Positions 19,811 to 20,000 of a DNA stretch of 20,000 nucleotides are shown here, one piece after another; positions within the stretch are counted from its first letter, which is position 1, and the number at the start of each line of letters is the position of its first letter. This DNA is from Williopsis jadinii (Eukaryota). The notes below the pieces were generated by a model that saw only the letters and a list, made by a program, of their open reading frames with translations, ran no database searches and was not told the origin of the DNA. The stretch covers positions 4,521,154 to 4,541,153 of the forward strand of contig AP024664.1 in assembly GCA_024346625.1 (NCBI GenBank), in the 5' to 3' direction. Made by a program: the position numbers and the translations under genes.

Positions 19811-20000
19811 GGGTGTCTGGGTGTCTGGGTGTCTGGGTGTCTGGGTGTCTGGGTGTCTGGGTGTCTGGGTGTCTGGGTGTCTGGGTGTCTGGGTGTCTGG
19901 GTGTCTGGGTGTCTGGGTGTCTGGGTGTCTGGGTGTCTGGGTGTCTGGGTGTCTGGGTGTCTGGGTGTCTGGGTGTCTGGGTGTCTGGGTGTCTGGGTGT
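19811..20000 (+). repeat. Telomeric repeat array (GGGTGTCT)n, ~23.75 units to the window end
   Basis: Perfect 8-bp tandem repeat with the G-rich strand running 5'->3' toward the end, preceded by a G run from 19805. Unit as I recall for Cyberlindnera jadinii. Confidence 0.97.

Noticed and set aside
19811..20000. CRISPR array or ordinary microsatellite
   Set aside because: No spacers; G-rich 8-mer at the sequence end in a eukaryotic subtelomeric context is a telomere.

Overview
Right-hand end of a budding-yeast chromosome. The window ends in a perfect (GGGTGTCT)n telomere, the repeat I recall for Cyberlindnera jadinii/Candida utilis (species call not verified). The internal half holds accessory genes: an intron-containing GTT1-type glutathione S-transferase, an ATF/SLI1-type acyltransferase, a 159-aa orphan, and a divergent pair of NtaA/DszA-family flavin monooxygenases (one with an internal deletion, one broken by a single in-frame TAG). 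The distal half is the most interesting part. An intact ~1650-aa ORF resembles the S. cerevisiae Y' helicase and carries tyrosine-recombinase-like motifs upstream of a DEAH SF2 helicase. It is bracketed by diverged ~600-bp non-coding direct repeats (9902-10508 and 19081-19680), with a partial third copy at 18757. All copies start at the same CGGA(C/A)TA(C/T)A(G/A)GTATG motif, and one carries a perfect Rap1 box. This suggests a ~9.2-kb Y'-like, repeat-bounded subtelomeric element. All alignments were done by eye and comparisons to known proteins are from memory.
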